From positions 51,744 through 115,743 of IMG/VR virus record IMGVR_UViG_3300032038_000027: a stretch of 64,000 nt of DNA; one strand, 5' to 3'. Positions 10,051 through 19,881 of the stretch are shown here, piece after piece. The notes beneath the pieces were generated by a model. That model was not told where the DNA came from. It worked only from the letters and a program-made list of their open reading frames with translations, and made no database searches. A program made the translations under genes and the position numbers. Positions within the stretch are counted from its first letter, which is position 1. Each line of letters starts with the position of its first letter. The DNA is from a virus (taxonomy: Duplodnaviria; Caudoviricetes).

Positions 10051-11205
10051 TTATAAATTGTTTTTCAATGAATCTACCGCCAAATATCCCTCGGCTTCAG
10101 CAAAATGAATGTAAGTATCGAGCGTGATCTGCACGCTTGCATGACCGAGTAGAGTAGAGATTGTTTTAATATCTGTATGATTTCTAAATAGCATATTGGC
10201 AAAAGTGTGCCTCAAAGAATGTGTTGAACCTTTATTTATATTTGTATTTTGAATTATTCTGCGGAAGGTTCTATCATATTGTTGCGGCGCAAGAACACCG
10301 CCATCTTTCGCACATACTATTCTTTCAGACAGCGGAAATTTATCGCACATTCTTTGTAATGCTTTTTCAGCCATTTCATTTAGCGGAATTTTTCTATAGC
10401 CGGAATATGTTTTGGTAGTTGTAGATATTGTTTCATATCCTATGGCATTTCCATTATCATCACGTTTTCTAACTGTCTGCACATTTTCTCTGATAGTCAA
10501 AACATGATTTTCTTTATTCCAATCCGATTTTTTGAGAGCTACAATCTCACCTCTTCTCGCCCCGGTATTAAGCTGCAAGATATAAGCATCACCATATAAA
10601 TATACTGGCGTTTCTGAATTTGGATATAATCTTCTACATTCTTCAACTATAAGTCTTGATTCCTTATCGGTAAACCACACCATGTCTTTTTTTGGAAAAC
10701 TGGATTTTTTCGCAAGAACAACTCCATCCATCGGATTATATTCAATGTGTTTCATTTTAAAAGCGTGAGAAAGAATCATTTTTGCGCCATCACGAGCTTT
10801 TTTCACAGTAGAGTATGACAATCCTTGCTTCTTTAATGTGTTTAGCATGATCTGTATATCTTTTGTTGTAATTTCAGAAATACGAATCATTCCGATATGA
10901 GGATAAATTTGATTTTTAAATGTTTTTTCAAGAGTATCATATGTGGATGCTTTAACGGTGTTTAATTTATATGTTACGAGCCATTCCTTTGCATATGTTT
11001 CGAATGATGTGGTTATAGGGTTGATATGAGTTTCGACATTGAATTGATTGATCTGCTTTTGTACTTCCATTTTTGTCTTGCCTGAAAAATAAGCCATTTC
11101 TGGTTTACCATTAGATTTGTATCTGCCCGTTCTTATTCTGCCGTAATATTTATCACCTCTTTTGTAAATACTTCCTGTTCCTTTTGGTCGTCGTGTTTGA
11201 GCCAT
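10051..11205 (-). CDS. int: Tyrosine integrase
   Basis: N-terminal RRPKGTGSIY arm-binding region; TGARRGE (R), HSLRHT (HxxR), LLGH, and DTY (catalytic Y). Confidence 0.95.
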   Translation of the reverse strand: MAQTRRPKGTGSIYKRGDKYYGRIRTGRYKSNGKPEMAYFSGKTKMEVQKQINQFNVETHINPITTSFETYAKEWLVTYKLNTVKASTYDTLEKTFKNQIYPHIGMIRISEITTKDIQIMLNTLKKQGLSYSTVKKARDGAKMILSHAFKMKHIEYNPMDGVVLAKKSSFPKKDMVWFTDKESRLIVEECRRLYPNSETPVYLYGDAYILQLNTGARRGEIVALKKSDWNKENHVLTIRENVQTVRKRDDNGNAIGYETISTTTKTYSGYRKIPLNEMAEKALQRMCDKFPLSERIVCAKDGGVLAPQQYDRTFRRIIQNTNINKGSTHSLRHTFANMLFRNHTDIKTISTLLGHASVQITLDTYIHFAEAEGYLAVDSLKNNL

Positions 11206-11257
11206 AAAGACATCTCCTTTGCAAGATAAAAATATGTAAAATACATGATATTTTTGG

Positions 11258-11301
11258 ATAGTGCTACAAATTAGCCTTTTGTAGCACTATTGTAGCACTA
11301 T
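11258..11301. repeat. Integrase arm-type sites (three copies of TTGTAGCACTAT, one inverted)
   Basis: Inverted copy at 11258-11269; direct copies at 11279-11290 and 11290-11301. Confidence 0.8.
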
Positions 11302-11408
11302 AATTTGGAATTAGGTGATATTAGATAACATTTCTATGCCTATATTATTTTGTCATTAATTTAAAAAAATGACGAAAAATATTATCAAACATTTGTTTGC
11401 AATTATGT

Positions 11409-11437
11409 ATTATAGCACATATTTTCGAGAATGTCAA
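11409..11437 (-). promoter_or_regulatory. Consensus sigma-A promoter upstream of int
   Basis: TTGACA-17 bp-TATAAT with extended TG on the - strand. Confidence 0.8.
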
Positions 11438-11495
11438 ACAATATTATAAAACAATAGTATGCTCAAAAATGGCTTATCCATGCGGTTTTTAATAT

Positions 11496-11529
11496 AAAAA
11501 AGCACCCCAACTCCGAAGAATTGAGGTGC
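11496..11529 (-). terminator. Intrinsic terminator after tRNA-Cys
   Basis: GCACCTCAATTC-TTCG-GAGTTGGGGTGC followed by T6 on the - strand. Confidence 0.9.
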
Positions 11530-11536
11530 GAAAATT

Positions 11537-11611
11537 TGGAGGCGACGAACGGATTTGAACCGATGAATCAGGCTTTTGCAGAGCCGTGCCTTACCACTTG
11601 GCTACGTCGCC
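11537..11611 (-). tRNA. tRNA-Cys(GCA)
   Basis: GGCGACGTAGCCAAGTGGTAAGGCACGGCTCTGCAAAAGCCTGATTCATCGGTTCAAATCCGTTCGTCGCCTCCA; cloverleaf with GCA anticodon and encoded CCA. Confidence 0.93.
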
Positions 11612-11635
11612 GTATATCAAATTTTATTCCGCGAT

Positions 11636-11652
11636 AAGGTTTTGCAGACCTT
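11636..11652 (-). other. Putative attP core (copy of a tRNA-Cys anticodon stem-loop)
   Basis: AAGGT-CTGCAAA-ACCTT on the - strand, between the two arm-repeat clusters and between int and xis. Confidence 0.7.
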
Positions 11653-11709
11653 GATTCCTCAACTCAAAACAATAGATGTAACCTACGCTTTTCAAGCATT
11701 GTTTCTGTT

Positions 11710-11732
11710 TTGTAGCACTATTGTCGCACTAT
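11710..11732. repeat. Integrase arm-type sites (two tandem copies)
   Basis: TTGTAGCACTAT (11710-11721) and TTGTCGCACTAT (11721-11732). Confidence 0.8.
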
Positions 11733-11755
11733 TATTTTTCTTAGAAAGAAAATAA

Positions 11756-11959
11756 TCAATAATGGTAAACTTTATTTGTTTGTTTATTAAACCATTTTTC
11801 AAAATTTTCTTTGCTAACATAAAGCCTATTATTAAGTTTCACAGACGGAAATCCATCGCTCCGCATAAGTTCATATGCTTTTGTTCTGCCTAAAGATAGA
11901 ATATTTTGCACATCTGTTACTGTATATATAATAGTATCACATTCAAAATCCTTTGTCAA
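11756..11959 (-). CDS. xis: Excisionase-like HTH protein
   Basis: 67 aa; YTVTDVQNILSLGRTKAYELM...FPSVK is typical of HTH_17; next to attP. Confidence 0.8.
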   Translation of the reverse strand: MTKDFECDTIIYTVTDVQNILSLGRTKAYELMRSDGFPSVKLNNRLYVSKENFEKWFNKQTNKVYHY

Positions 11960-11999
11960 TCATAAACCTCCTATATAAATGGATATAAGGTAGGAGAAT

Positions 12000-12440
12000 T
12001 TATCTCCTACCAAATTCCCTTTTGTCACTTCGCCACACCATAATGTTTTGATGGGCTTCAGCTTCTTCTTTTGTTGTAAATACGCGCATATTAATGCTGT
12101 TTTGATTAGATAGCATAAGATCATTTGATACAGATGAACCGATATCTGTTTTCATTGTGAAACTATAATAGAGTTTCTTTTTAAGGGTAATTTTATACAG
12201 TCGCATTTTAACTATTTTATTTGATATATCATCTTTTGGCATAATCACATAATATAAGTTACCGACTTGTAATTCTTTTGATATGTGATTCATTATAATG
12301 CCTAAAGCATCTGAAAGTCCCGCAACATAGTGTTCTTGACAACTATTTTGAATACCTTTCATTTCAAAATTGATCTTATCTTGTAATTCTTTAATTGCCG
12401 GATGCGTGTATTCAATTTGAATCGGTGCTACCAAAGCCAC
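12000..12440 (-). CDS. Hypothetical protein
   Basis: ORF in operon position; start uncertain. Confidence 0.5.
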   Translation of the reverse strand: MALVAPIQIEYTHPAIKELQDKINFEMKGIQNSCQEHYVAGLSDALGIIMNHISKELQVGNLYYVIMPKDDISNKIVKMRLYKITLKKKLYYSFTMKTDIGSSVSNDLMLSNQNSINMRVFTTKEEAEAHQNIMVWRSDKREFGRR

Positions 12441-12948
12441 CTTCTCTCGTTGATTCTACATTATCCTCTTCTGCAATTCCATAAGGTAAAAATACGCCCT
12501 GAAACATAGCAGCACCTGCGCAAATTTGAAACTGCTTATTCTTGCCAAGAGTTGAATCATTTACGAGCTTAACAAAAATATGTCCTTCATTTTTCGCACC
12601 ATAATAGTCTGAATCAATAATGCCAACTGTATTTGCTAATCGCAATCCAAACTTAAATCCGAGTCCACTTCTTGGATATGCGGTTAATACCCAACCATTA
12701 TCAATTTTGCAACGAATACCGGTAGGAATGGTGATACTTTCATCATATGGAATTTCAATGCTGATCGGACAAAAGAAATCATATCCTGCACTTCCACTTG
12801 TCGCACGCTTTGGTAATACAATATTATCATAAATAGTTTTAATGATTTCATCTTGCCATTCGACAGGCATATAATCAAATACTTCGAGCCAATCAGATTT
12901 AAATTGTTCAAAACTGACTTTTTCGAATTTCGCAATCGTATTGTTCAT
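12412..12948 (-). CDS. dut: Trimeric dUTPase
   Basis: SAGYDF, PRSGLG, GIIDSDYY and REGGFGST motifs. Confidence 0.95.
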   Translation of the reverse strand: MNNTIAKFEKVSFEQFKSDWLEVFDYMPVEWQDEIIKTIYDNIVLPKRATSGSAGYDFFCPISIEIPYDESITIPTGIRCKIDNGWVLTAYPRSGLGFKFGLRLANTVGIIDSDYYGAKNEGHIFVKLVNDSTLGKNKQFQICAGAAMFQGVFLPYGIAEEDNVESTREGGFGSTDSN

Positions 12949-13511
12949 TATCCCTCTCCTTGTTTTCTACAAAAGAATTTATTATCATGTAAATGTTTAA
13001 ATAAGTTTTGTTTTAGATTCTGCGTATCAATTACTCTTTGATTGTAGCTTCCTGCCCAAATAATTTTTTCGTTATATGTATCTACTTTATCTTCATCAAA
13101 ACGTCCTTCGACTACTGTATCAACACAACAAACGGTTTCAAATCTATTATAAGGTGGGCTATCTTGAATCCATTCGGTTAAAATTTCATCAAAAGTATAT
13201 CCAGTATATAACCATATTTTTTTATCTGGGAAACGTTCTTTAACTGAACGAATTATATGATTAACATAACCGAGATTTTCATCACATAGCGGTTCGCCGC
13301 CTAATACGGTAAATCTATCTATATAAGGTTTATTAATACATTTATATAGGAAACTTTCTGTTTCATAAGTAAATTCTTTGCCTCCATTAAAATCCCACGT
13401 TTCTGGGTTAAAGCAATTTTTACAATGAAATTTACAACCTTGAACGAAGAGGGACACGCCAATTCCCTCTCCGTTCGTGTATTCGCATTTATCAATAAAG
13501 GCGTATCTCAT
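12948..13511 (-). CDS. nrdG: Anaerobic ribonucleotide reductase activase
   Basis: CKFHCKNC radical-SAM motif, LGGEP, GSYNQRVID; follows nrdD. Confidence 0.95.
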   Translation of the reverse strand: MRYAFIDKCEYTNGEGIGVSLFVQGCKFHCKNCFNPETWDFNGGKEFTYETESFLYKCINKPYIDRFTVLGGEPLCDENLGYVNHIIRSVKERFPDKKIWLYTGYTFDEILTEWIQDSPPYNRFETVCCVDTVVEGRFDEDKVDTYNEKIIWAGSYNQRVIDTQNLKQNLFKHLHDNKFFCRKQGEG

Positions 13512-13515
13512 AGCA

Positions 13516-14481
13516 TTATCCTTTTAAATGTTTTACTCTATCTTCGGTTTCTGCTCTTTTGCCCGGATTAAATGCTTCAATGTAATCACCAGTTAGATAT
13601 CCTGTTACTCGGCGCAATCTGCGAATTTCTGTACATCCACATTTGGGGCAAGCATCTTTAATTTCATCCGTCCAACCGCAGTTTTTGCACATATCATTAG
13701 GTACATTTGCCGCCGCATAAGGAATATCCTTATCCATCGCATAGTTAATAATGGTTTCAACTGCTTTAGGATTATCTTTTACACGAGCATTTAATTCAAC
13801 ATAAGTAATACAACCTGCACTTGAATAACCAGTTAATTGAGATTCAATATCAATTTTTTCGAAAGGAGTCATTTCTTTCCAAACAGGAACATGAATTGAA
13901 TTAGTAAAATATTCACGATCAGAAACATTTGGAATAACGCCATATTTTTCTTTAAACTTCTTCATGGCTGTATAGCAAAGATTTTCAGCAGGAGTATAAT
14001 ACACACCAAAGTTTAGTTTATATTTAGTTTTAAATTCAGCGCAGCGATCTTTGAATAATTGCTCAATTTTTTTCGCAAGTTCCATGCCTCTTTCTTCGGT
14101 ATGATCGCAACCGATAAGAATTTGAAGAGCTTCTGCAAGACCGAGCTGACCTACTGCAAGCGTACCATGCTTTAATGCAGATCGAATATCTTTACCATCA
14201 TAGCCCTCCATTAAACCGTTTTCATACATGAACTTTGCGGCATCTGCGGGCTGAGAACAAATATATTCAAATCTTTCAATAAGCATATCTTTCGCTTCGT
14301 GGATTTTTGCATCGAGCATATTTAAGAATACAGTAGGAATATCATCGTCATAATTTGAATCATATGATTCTTTCGCCATCATAGCGATTGTCGGTAAAAT
14401 AATTGTTACGGGGCAGATATTTCCACGACCATCTTTTAATTGACCGAAGCCGTTAATATCATACCCATTAGCTGTTCTACA
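13516..14481 (-). CDS. nrdD: Class III ribonucleotide reductase, exon 2
   Basis: Begins CRTANGYDING...GRGNI and ends with Zn-site cysteines and the RVTGYL glycyl-radical motif. Confidence 0.92.
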   Translation of the reverse strand, partial: CRTANGYDINGFGQLKDGRGNICPVTIILPTIAMMAKESYDSNYDDDIPTVFLNMLDAKIHEAKDMLIERFEYICSQPADAAKFMYENGLMEGYDGKDIRSALKHGTLAVGQLGLAEALQILIGCDHTEERGMELAKKIEQLFKDRCAEFKTKYKLNFGVYYTPAENLCYTAMKKFKEKYGVIPNVSDREYFTNSIHVPVWKEMTPFEKIDIESQLTGYSSAGCITYVELNARVKDNPKAVETIINYAMDKDIPYAAANVPNDMCKNCGWTDEIKDACPKCGCTEIRRLRRVTGYLTGDYIEAFNPGKRAETEDRVKHLKG

Positions 14482-14750
14482 CGTTTAAACCCTCTGTCAC
14501 CAGAGGAACTGACTATATCTTCTATCTTTCGATAGCCTTCCGCTTCGGATGCGTGCCTATCTCGCATCCTACTCCCTTACATTCATCAGGGATAGTCGAT
14601 ACACTTTTAATTTAGCATAGATATTTTAATACTATTCTAAATCACTTAGCACGGTTTCAACTTATTAACTAAGTCCTGACCGTTAGCCCGTTTTATCGGA
14701 CACCTTCGGGCGAAGTTCAAAAGGTTTTAGATGAGCTGTAGTTTACGCTT
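14482..14750 (-). ncRNA. Group I intron in nrdD (269 nt, no ORF)
   Basis: Exon ends in U (ATG GGT) and intron ends in G. P1 AUGGGU/GCUCAU, P10 CUACA/UGUAG, core AUCGACUA and AGAUAUAGUC. Splicing restores STMG-CRT in frame. Confidence 0.9.
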
Positions 14751-16091
14751 ACCCATCGTTGAGAAATATGTTTTAGGGTCATTTCTGTCATATCCCTTAT
14801 TACCAGACCAATCTACATTAGCGTAGTTCGGATATAATCTTAATGATGTTGATCTGATTGCTAACTGGAATAAATCGTAATTTGGTTCGCCCTCTTTACG
14901 ATTCACGCCGCGCATTAATTGAAAAATACCGCACGGGAAAATAGAGGTTTTATGTAGCTTGCCGATACCTTTAATCGAGGTTTCGAGTAGGCAACGAATA
15001 ATCAGTCTACCTTCGGGAGAAGTGCAAGTACCGTAGTTGATTGAGGTGAATGGCAACTGGTTTCCTGACCTGCTTTGAAGTGTATTTAAATTGTGATACA
15101 TTCCCTCAACAGCTTGTTTGGTTTCAATAATTGTGTCATATAAAGCACTTTGCGCGTATTTCTTGTTTAAATCAGTATTACCGAGATGATAATCATCTTC
15201 GGTTGTATTAGTTGCGGCGAAAAATTCGTCCTTATGGGAATCTACCCAATCATCAAATCTGTTTCTCCAAACAATATTGCCATCAACGATTTCTTTGTAA
15301 TCATCGAAAACCATATTAATGAGATCAAGTTCGACAAACTCAGGACGATCTTTTAGCCATGCGGCGATATAATGCTTTAGGAAACTTTTCTTAACATACG
15401 GCACCATTGTCCAATCTAAGTGTGTAGCGGAAACGCCGCCAAATTGCTGAAGGCTCTGTAATTGGAAAATCACAGCTACTAATTGAAAAGCTGTGCCTAC
15501 AGATTGTGCGGGTCGAACATCTGTTTGTCTTGTGTTAAATCCATTTGCTAATAATTTATCAAAAGGAATAGACAAGCAGTTATGATCTCCGACAGAATAA
15601 TGGTCTAAATCATGAACGTAAATCATATTATTCACATGATTGATATAAGACATTTTAGACATTCGATTATTTAGTGCATCGTCTTTCATGGTTACACTTA
15701 GCGCAGCGCCCATTCTGCCGCCAAATGAATGTTCATCAACATTTGCGTTCTGATTCTTAACATTCTTCGCAAAGAGTTTTTCTTCCACTTCTTTCGAAAG
15801 TTTACTCTTTTGTTGTCTTGCGCGTGTTCTGTCGTTACGATAGATAATGTATGCTTTTGCGACATCTTTGCGAGAACTCTGCATGAGCTGCTTTTCGATA
15901 AGGTCTTGGATTTCTTCTACATTCATTTGTGGCTTATCAAGATTTGTAATGGATTGAGCAATATTCTCACAAATCTTTTCGGACGTTTCATCAAAATAGC
16001 CATCAATTTCGATGAAAGCCTTTTTCATGGCGTTGAGAATTTTCTGAACATTAAACTCTACAACACGACCATCACGTTTAATTACTTTCAT
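14751..16091 (-). CDS. nrdD: Class III ribonucleotide reductase, exon 1 (ATP-cone)
   Basis: MKVIKRDG ATP-cone, HDLD, NTLQSRSGNQLPFTSINYG; spliced product about 768 aa. Confidence 0.92.
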
Positions 16092-16674
16092 TAGATACCT
16101 CCATATTGTGTGTTTCACCATTTAAGGCGTGATTGTATATTAGACTAACAACTTCTTCGGGCGAAAGTTTGTATCTATCATTTTCAATAACGTAATTAAC
16201 TTCACGCTCAAATCCGGCAAACTGCCCTTCATCAGATGTGCAACGGCGATACGCTTCTTCAATATCGTCGCCACGTTCTAACATTTTAATTAGTCGAGAA
16301 CGTCGATCTACATTAAGATAAACGATAACCATATCAGTATGGTAATATTTATTGTATGTTTTAAACGCCCTAACGCCAGTAGGATTAAGAACTACAACTT
16401 GATTTAGCATTGGGTTCATATCAATTTTTGTGCCATATTGCCAATTCTTATATGTAACAAATTCAAAGAACTCATTATTATCTTTCATTCGGTTGAATTG
16501 CTCGTCCGTTACAAAGTGATAGTCAACACAATCTTGCTCATTTTCTCTTGGCTTTCTTGTAGTGTATGTGATAACTTGTTTTATATCATTACGATTATCA
16601 TCGTTAATCATTTTGGCGCAAGTAGATTTACCACTCGCACTTGCACCTGCTAAAATCAATATCATTCGTTCCAT
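16078..16674 (-). CDS. gmk: Guanylate kinase
   Basis: GASASGKS P-loop, TTRKPRENE, DYHFV, WQYGT. Confidence 0.9.
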   Translation of the reverse strand: MERMILILAGASASGKSTCAKMINDDNRNDIKQVITYTTRKPRENEQDCVDYHFVTDEQFNRMKDNNEFFEFVTYKNWQYGTKIDMNPMLNQVVVLNPTGVRAFKTYNKYYHTDMVIVYLNVDRRSRLIKMLERGDDIEEAYRRCTSDEGQFAGFEREVNYVIENDRYKLSPEEVVSLIYNHALNGETHNMEVSNESN

Positions 16675-16988
16675 TCCTCCGATAAATCAATATCTAATAA
16701 TTTAGCTTTTTCATGTAATGTTAAATCATTAAATAGCTCTTGATATAATTCATCAGGCGTGATTTCAAGTAGTTGCGCTTTTTGAGATAATGATGTTTCA
16801 TTGAATATTTTTTGCAACATTTTTCTCGCACATTCCGCGCAAATATCTGTTTCATTATCGAGATTATATTTTGCATAGTCCCCACATATATCGCAGTATC
16901 TAACTGGAACATTCATATAAGGGCATGATTTTCCCAAGCATCCCATTTCAGTAGGACAGCCAACGCAGTTATCTTCATAACGTAGCAT
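16662..16988 (-). CDS. Cys-rich hypothetical protein
   Basis: 108-aa ORF with multiple CxxC motifs. Confidence 0.6.
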   Translation of the reverse strand: MLRYEDNCVGCPTEMGCLGKSCPYMNVPVRYCDICGDYAKYNLDNETDICAECARKMLQKIFNETSLSQKAQLLEITPDELYQELFNDLTLHEKAKLLDIDLSEEWNE

Positions 16989-17505
16989 TATTTATCCTCC
17001 TGAACACCTTGAAATCGACCTGTTTCCCGTTATAATAATCTTTTTCTAATTTCGCTGAAGATTCAGCCCAATCAGGCATTGTATTTAATGCAGGAAAATG
17101 AGTATCAGCTTCAAAAGTATCATGTAAATAGGTTACATACGCAAGATCACATAACGGCAACAGTTGTTTATAAATACTTTCGCCGCCGATAATATATAAA
17201 TTTTGTTGATGAATATGACTAATTCGTTTTACATTATTGATATATTGTTTCACATGATACATATTCGAATATATAACACCGTTATCATCTCTAACTGGAT
17301 TTGCGTATTCGTGCGTAATAACAATATTTGTACGATGCGGCAAAGGCTTTAAACCAAGAGATAAGAATGTATTCTTGCCCATGATAACGATATTATCTGT
17401 TGTTAATTCTTTAAAGCGTTTCAAATCTTTAGGGATTTTGAATAGGAGCTGATTTTTGTTACCTATTCCCCAATTTTCATCAACGGCTACAATAGCTATA
17501 ACCAT
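16975..17505 (-). CDS. folA: Dihydrofolate reductase
   Basis: IVAVDENWGIG, IMGKNTF, PLPHRTNIVI, IIGGESIY, ADTHFP. Confidence 0.95.
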   Translation of the reverse strand: MVIAIVAVDENWGIGNKNQLLFKIPKDLKRFKELTTDNIVIMGKNTFLSLGLKPLPHRTNIVITHEYANPVRDDNGVIYSNMYHVKQYINNVKRISHIHQQNLYIIGGESIYKQLLPLCDLAYVTYLHDTFEADTHFPALNTMPDWAESSAKLEKDYYNGKQVDFKVFRRINNATL

Positions 17506-17513
17506 TTCGCACC

Positions 17514-18359
17514 TCAGATTCCAATATCTAATGTTAATTGTGGCTTGATCGGGTCATAATTAATCATCTCAAAATCATCAATGGTAAAGTCATAAAAATT
17601 GTTTTTATCAGGGTTCAGAATAAGTTGCGGCTGATTTTCTGGCTGATCGTCAATATGTTTATTAAATCTTTTGAAAAGTTCGTCCGCAGCTTCGGTGTGC
17701 CTATCATATATTTGCTCATTGGCAACAACATGAGAGAATACGCCCGGTTCATATCCTGTATGTCTTGCAATCATCATCAGTAGTGCGGCATATTGTACTT
17801 CATTTACGCCACCGCCGCCAGATGCCATTAACATATCGCCAGAGCGTTGAATTAGCATCATATCAAGGAATTTACCTCTAACGTTCCAAATTGTTAAGAA
17901 GGCGCAAGGTGCAAGTCCGGGTGTTTCATTCAAATCCGTATCTTGCCAAAGATTGACGATTTTGCGGCGACCATAAGGGTCTGTTTGAATATCTTTGATT
18001 AATTTATTAATTAAATCGTAACGCTTTACAGTGCCGCCATATCTTTGCCCGATAGTGCCATCGCCAATATCCCATTCATTCCACCATTTAACACCCATCT
18101 GCTCCATTTCTGAAATTACATTGGTAGGCTTTTGATAAATGGTGAAAATCTCTTTGATTGCTGTTCTCCATGCAATTGGTCTTAGGGTGCAGATCGGAAA
18201 TTCGCCAATGCCTAAATCATACATTCTTCCAACATGATTAACTGAATATGTATGTGCAGGTGTGCCGTCTTTGTATTTCGGGCGCGGATTTTCATCTTTA
18301 TAACCAAATTCTTTAATTTTTTGAATACCATAAGCTAAGTAATAATCAGCTTTTGTCAT
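17514..18359 (-). CDS. thyA: Thymidylate synthase
   Basis: GLAPCA catalytic Cys, QRSGD, IYDRH; adjacent to DHFR. Confidence 0.93.
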   Translation of the reverse strand: MTKADYYLAYGIQKIKEFGYKDENPRPKYKDGTPAHTYSVNHVGRMYDLGIGEFPICTLRPIAWRTAIKEIFTIYQKPTNVISEMEQMGVKWWNEWDIGDGTIGQRYGGTVKRYDLINKLIKDIQTDPYGRRKIVNLWQDTDLNETPGLAPCAFLTIWNVRGKFLDMMLIQRSGDMLMASGGGGVNEVQYAALLMMIARHTGYEPGVFSHVVANEQIYDRHTEAADELFKRFNKHIDDQPENQPQLILNPDKNNFYDFTIDDFEMINYDPIKPQLTLDIGI

Positions 18360-18363
18360 TTAT

Positions 18364-18630
18364 TCACTCTCCATACTTTGCGATATACGCATTATTTTTA
18401 AATGTGATCTTATATTCGTTAGTAGTTTCTTTTTGCTCGAATTGATCGTAAATTGGTTCAGTGCGAGAAATAGATATTGAAATAGGAGAATTTGATCTCG
18501 CTACTTGCTCCATTAGCCCAGAAAACTCACTCATGATAAGTAATGCAGGAGATGTTATTTGTTTCGCGCTCTTTACGCCGTCATTGTTAAGTTCAATTAA
18601 TACGGTGAAAATTTCAAAAGTTTCAAACAT
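18364..18630 (-). CDS. Hypothetical protein
   Basis: 88-aa ORF with SD. Confidence 0.55.
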   Translation of the reverse strand: MFETFEIFTVLIELNNDGVKSAKQITSPALLIMSEFSGLMEQVARSNSPISISISRTEPIYDQFEQKETTNEYKITFKNNAYIAKYGE

Positions 18631-18644
18631 TTTAGCTCCTTATC

Positions 18645-19871
18645 TTAACTTAATTCTACTAAGTATTTGATTGTTGATTGTTCTTCTTTATAAACTATAA
18701 TTTCATCGTTATAGAGCATTTTCCCTGCATGAGCGTGTAAACAATTTGCGCCCGGACAATTCTTTTGCAAGCGATCATAATTAAAATCATAATATTTTGA
18801 ATCATGCGAATATACATCAAACGGCTTGCCATAGGCAACACTCATGAGCGCCATGAAACCTGAGTGTGAATTACCTCTCGCCCAATAGCTACCATTAATA
18901 CTTGTATATCCTAATGACTTTTTGGCTTTTGGCGCATAATAAATGCCATATCCAAACATTTTGCCTGTGATAACAGCATTTGTAGGTCTAAGGACTAAAC
19001 CGCCTTGAATAATCGACCACCAATTCTCATTTCTGCTACCATGAAACAGCAAACGAACATCATGAATATGATTCTCTGCAACAAAGTTATCAAATCTTTC
19101 TTGCGTTTTAATATTCGTAACCTTCCATGCGTTGCGAAATCTGTCTACGCAACTGCCAAGAGCCACTTTGATTGTTGCAATATCATCTCTATCACATTCT
19201 TCAATAATAAGCCCAAGAGATTCAAGAATCGTTTTATCATAAATGGGTGCTGTTTCATCATGCACTGTTTCATCAAGCGCTTGTTTTTCAATTACTTGTC
19301 CTTTCATAACGTCAAGCAGATTTTGCTCTTTATCAATGATCTTATTAAAATCTTTATTGTCTTTTGCGAGATAGCTTCCTACGCTACCCATTTTTCGCGG
19401 AATAGTAGTAAACAACTTGATTAAACTATCATTAAAGTCTTGAACGTTAGTGATGGAAAGTAATCCATTGATAATATCTTGCGCTTCGTCGATCATCGCA
19501 TGAGTAACTTTATTAGAAGAAACAGTGTAATTTTCGCTAATAACTTTCTTTGCCATACGTTGTAAACGATCAACAATATTCGCTATATTAGCATTTTCAA
19601 TGGGCTTATATTCTGGATTCATTGTCGGCGAAACTTTCTGAATAGTAATTAAATCTTGTACTAAATCCGTCTGATCTTTATACCCTTTACGAATTTTTTC
19701 TTTATATTTTTTATCCCATTCAGATAACGGATAGGAGCGAATTTGTGGATTGCTCCCTACTCTGCCATATTCAGCAATCCACGAATCGCCATTTGGTTTC
19801 ATGTCATAATATTTATTGTTGTTCGCTCCTGCCGTAACCATAACTAAGTGTTTAGGAGTGTAATCCGGCAT
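18645..19871 (-). CDS. WGR-domain poly(ADP-ribose) polymerase-like protein
   Basis: N-terminal NNNKYY...YGRVG (WGR-like), helical middle, catalytic LLFHGSR, GKMFGYGIYYA and NDEIIVY (H-Y-E triad). Confidence 0.88.
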   Translation of the reverse strand: MPDYTPKHLVMVTAGANNNKYYDMKPNGDSWIAEYGRVGSNPQIRSYPLSEWDKKYKEKIRKGYKDQTDLVQDLITIQKVSPTMNPEYKPIENANIANIVDRLQRMAKKVISENYTVSSNKVTHAMIDEAQDIINGLLSITNVQDFNDSLIKLFTTIPRKMGSVGSYLAKDNKDFNKIIDKEQNLLDVMKGQVIEKQALDETVHDETAPIYDKTILESLGLIIEECDRDDIATIKVALGSCVDRFRNAWKVTNIKTQERFDNFVAENHIHDVRLLFHGSRNENWWSIIQGGLVLRPTNAVITGKMFGYGIYYAPKAKKSLGYTSINGSYWARGNSHSGFMALMSVAYGKPFDVYSHDSKYYDFNYDRLQKNCPGANCLHAHAGKMLYNDEIIVYKEEQSTIKYLVELS

Positions 19872-19881
19872 AAGTCACCTC

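Noticed and set aside
10051-11205. Integrase as the invertase for the three cassettes
   Set aside because: Not supported: its arm and core sites do not resemble the ATAAAAA repeats. It cannot be excluded without an experiment.
11258-11732. TTGTAGCACTAT repeats as a CRISPR array
   Set aside because: They are only 12 bp, abutting, with no spacers, and their layout around a core between int and xis fits arm-type sites.
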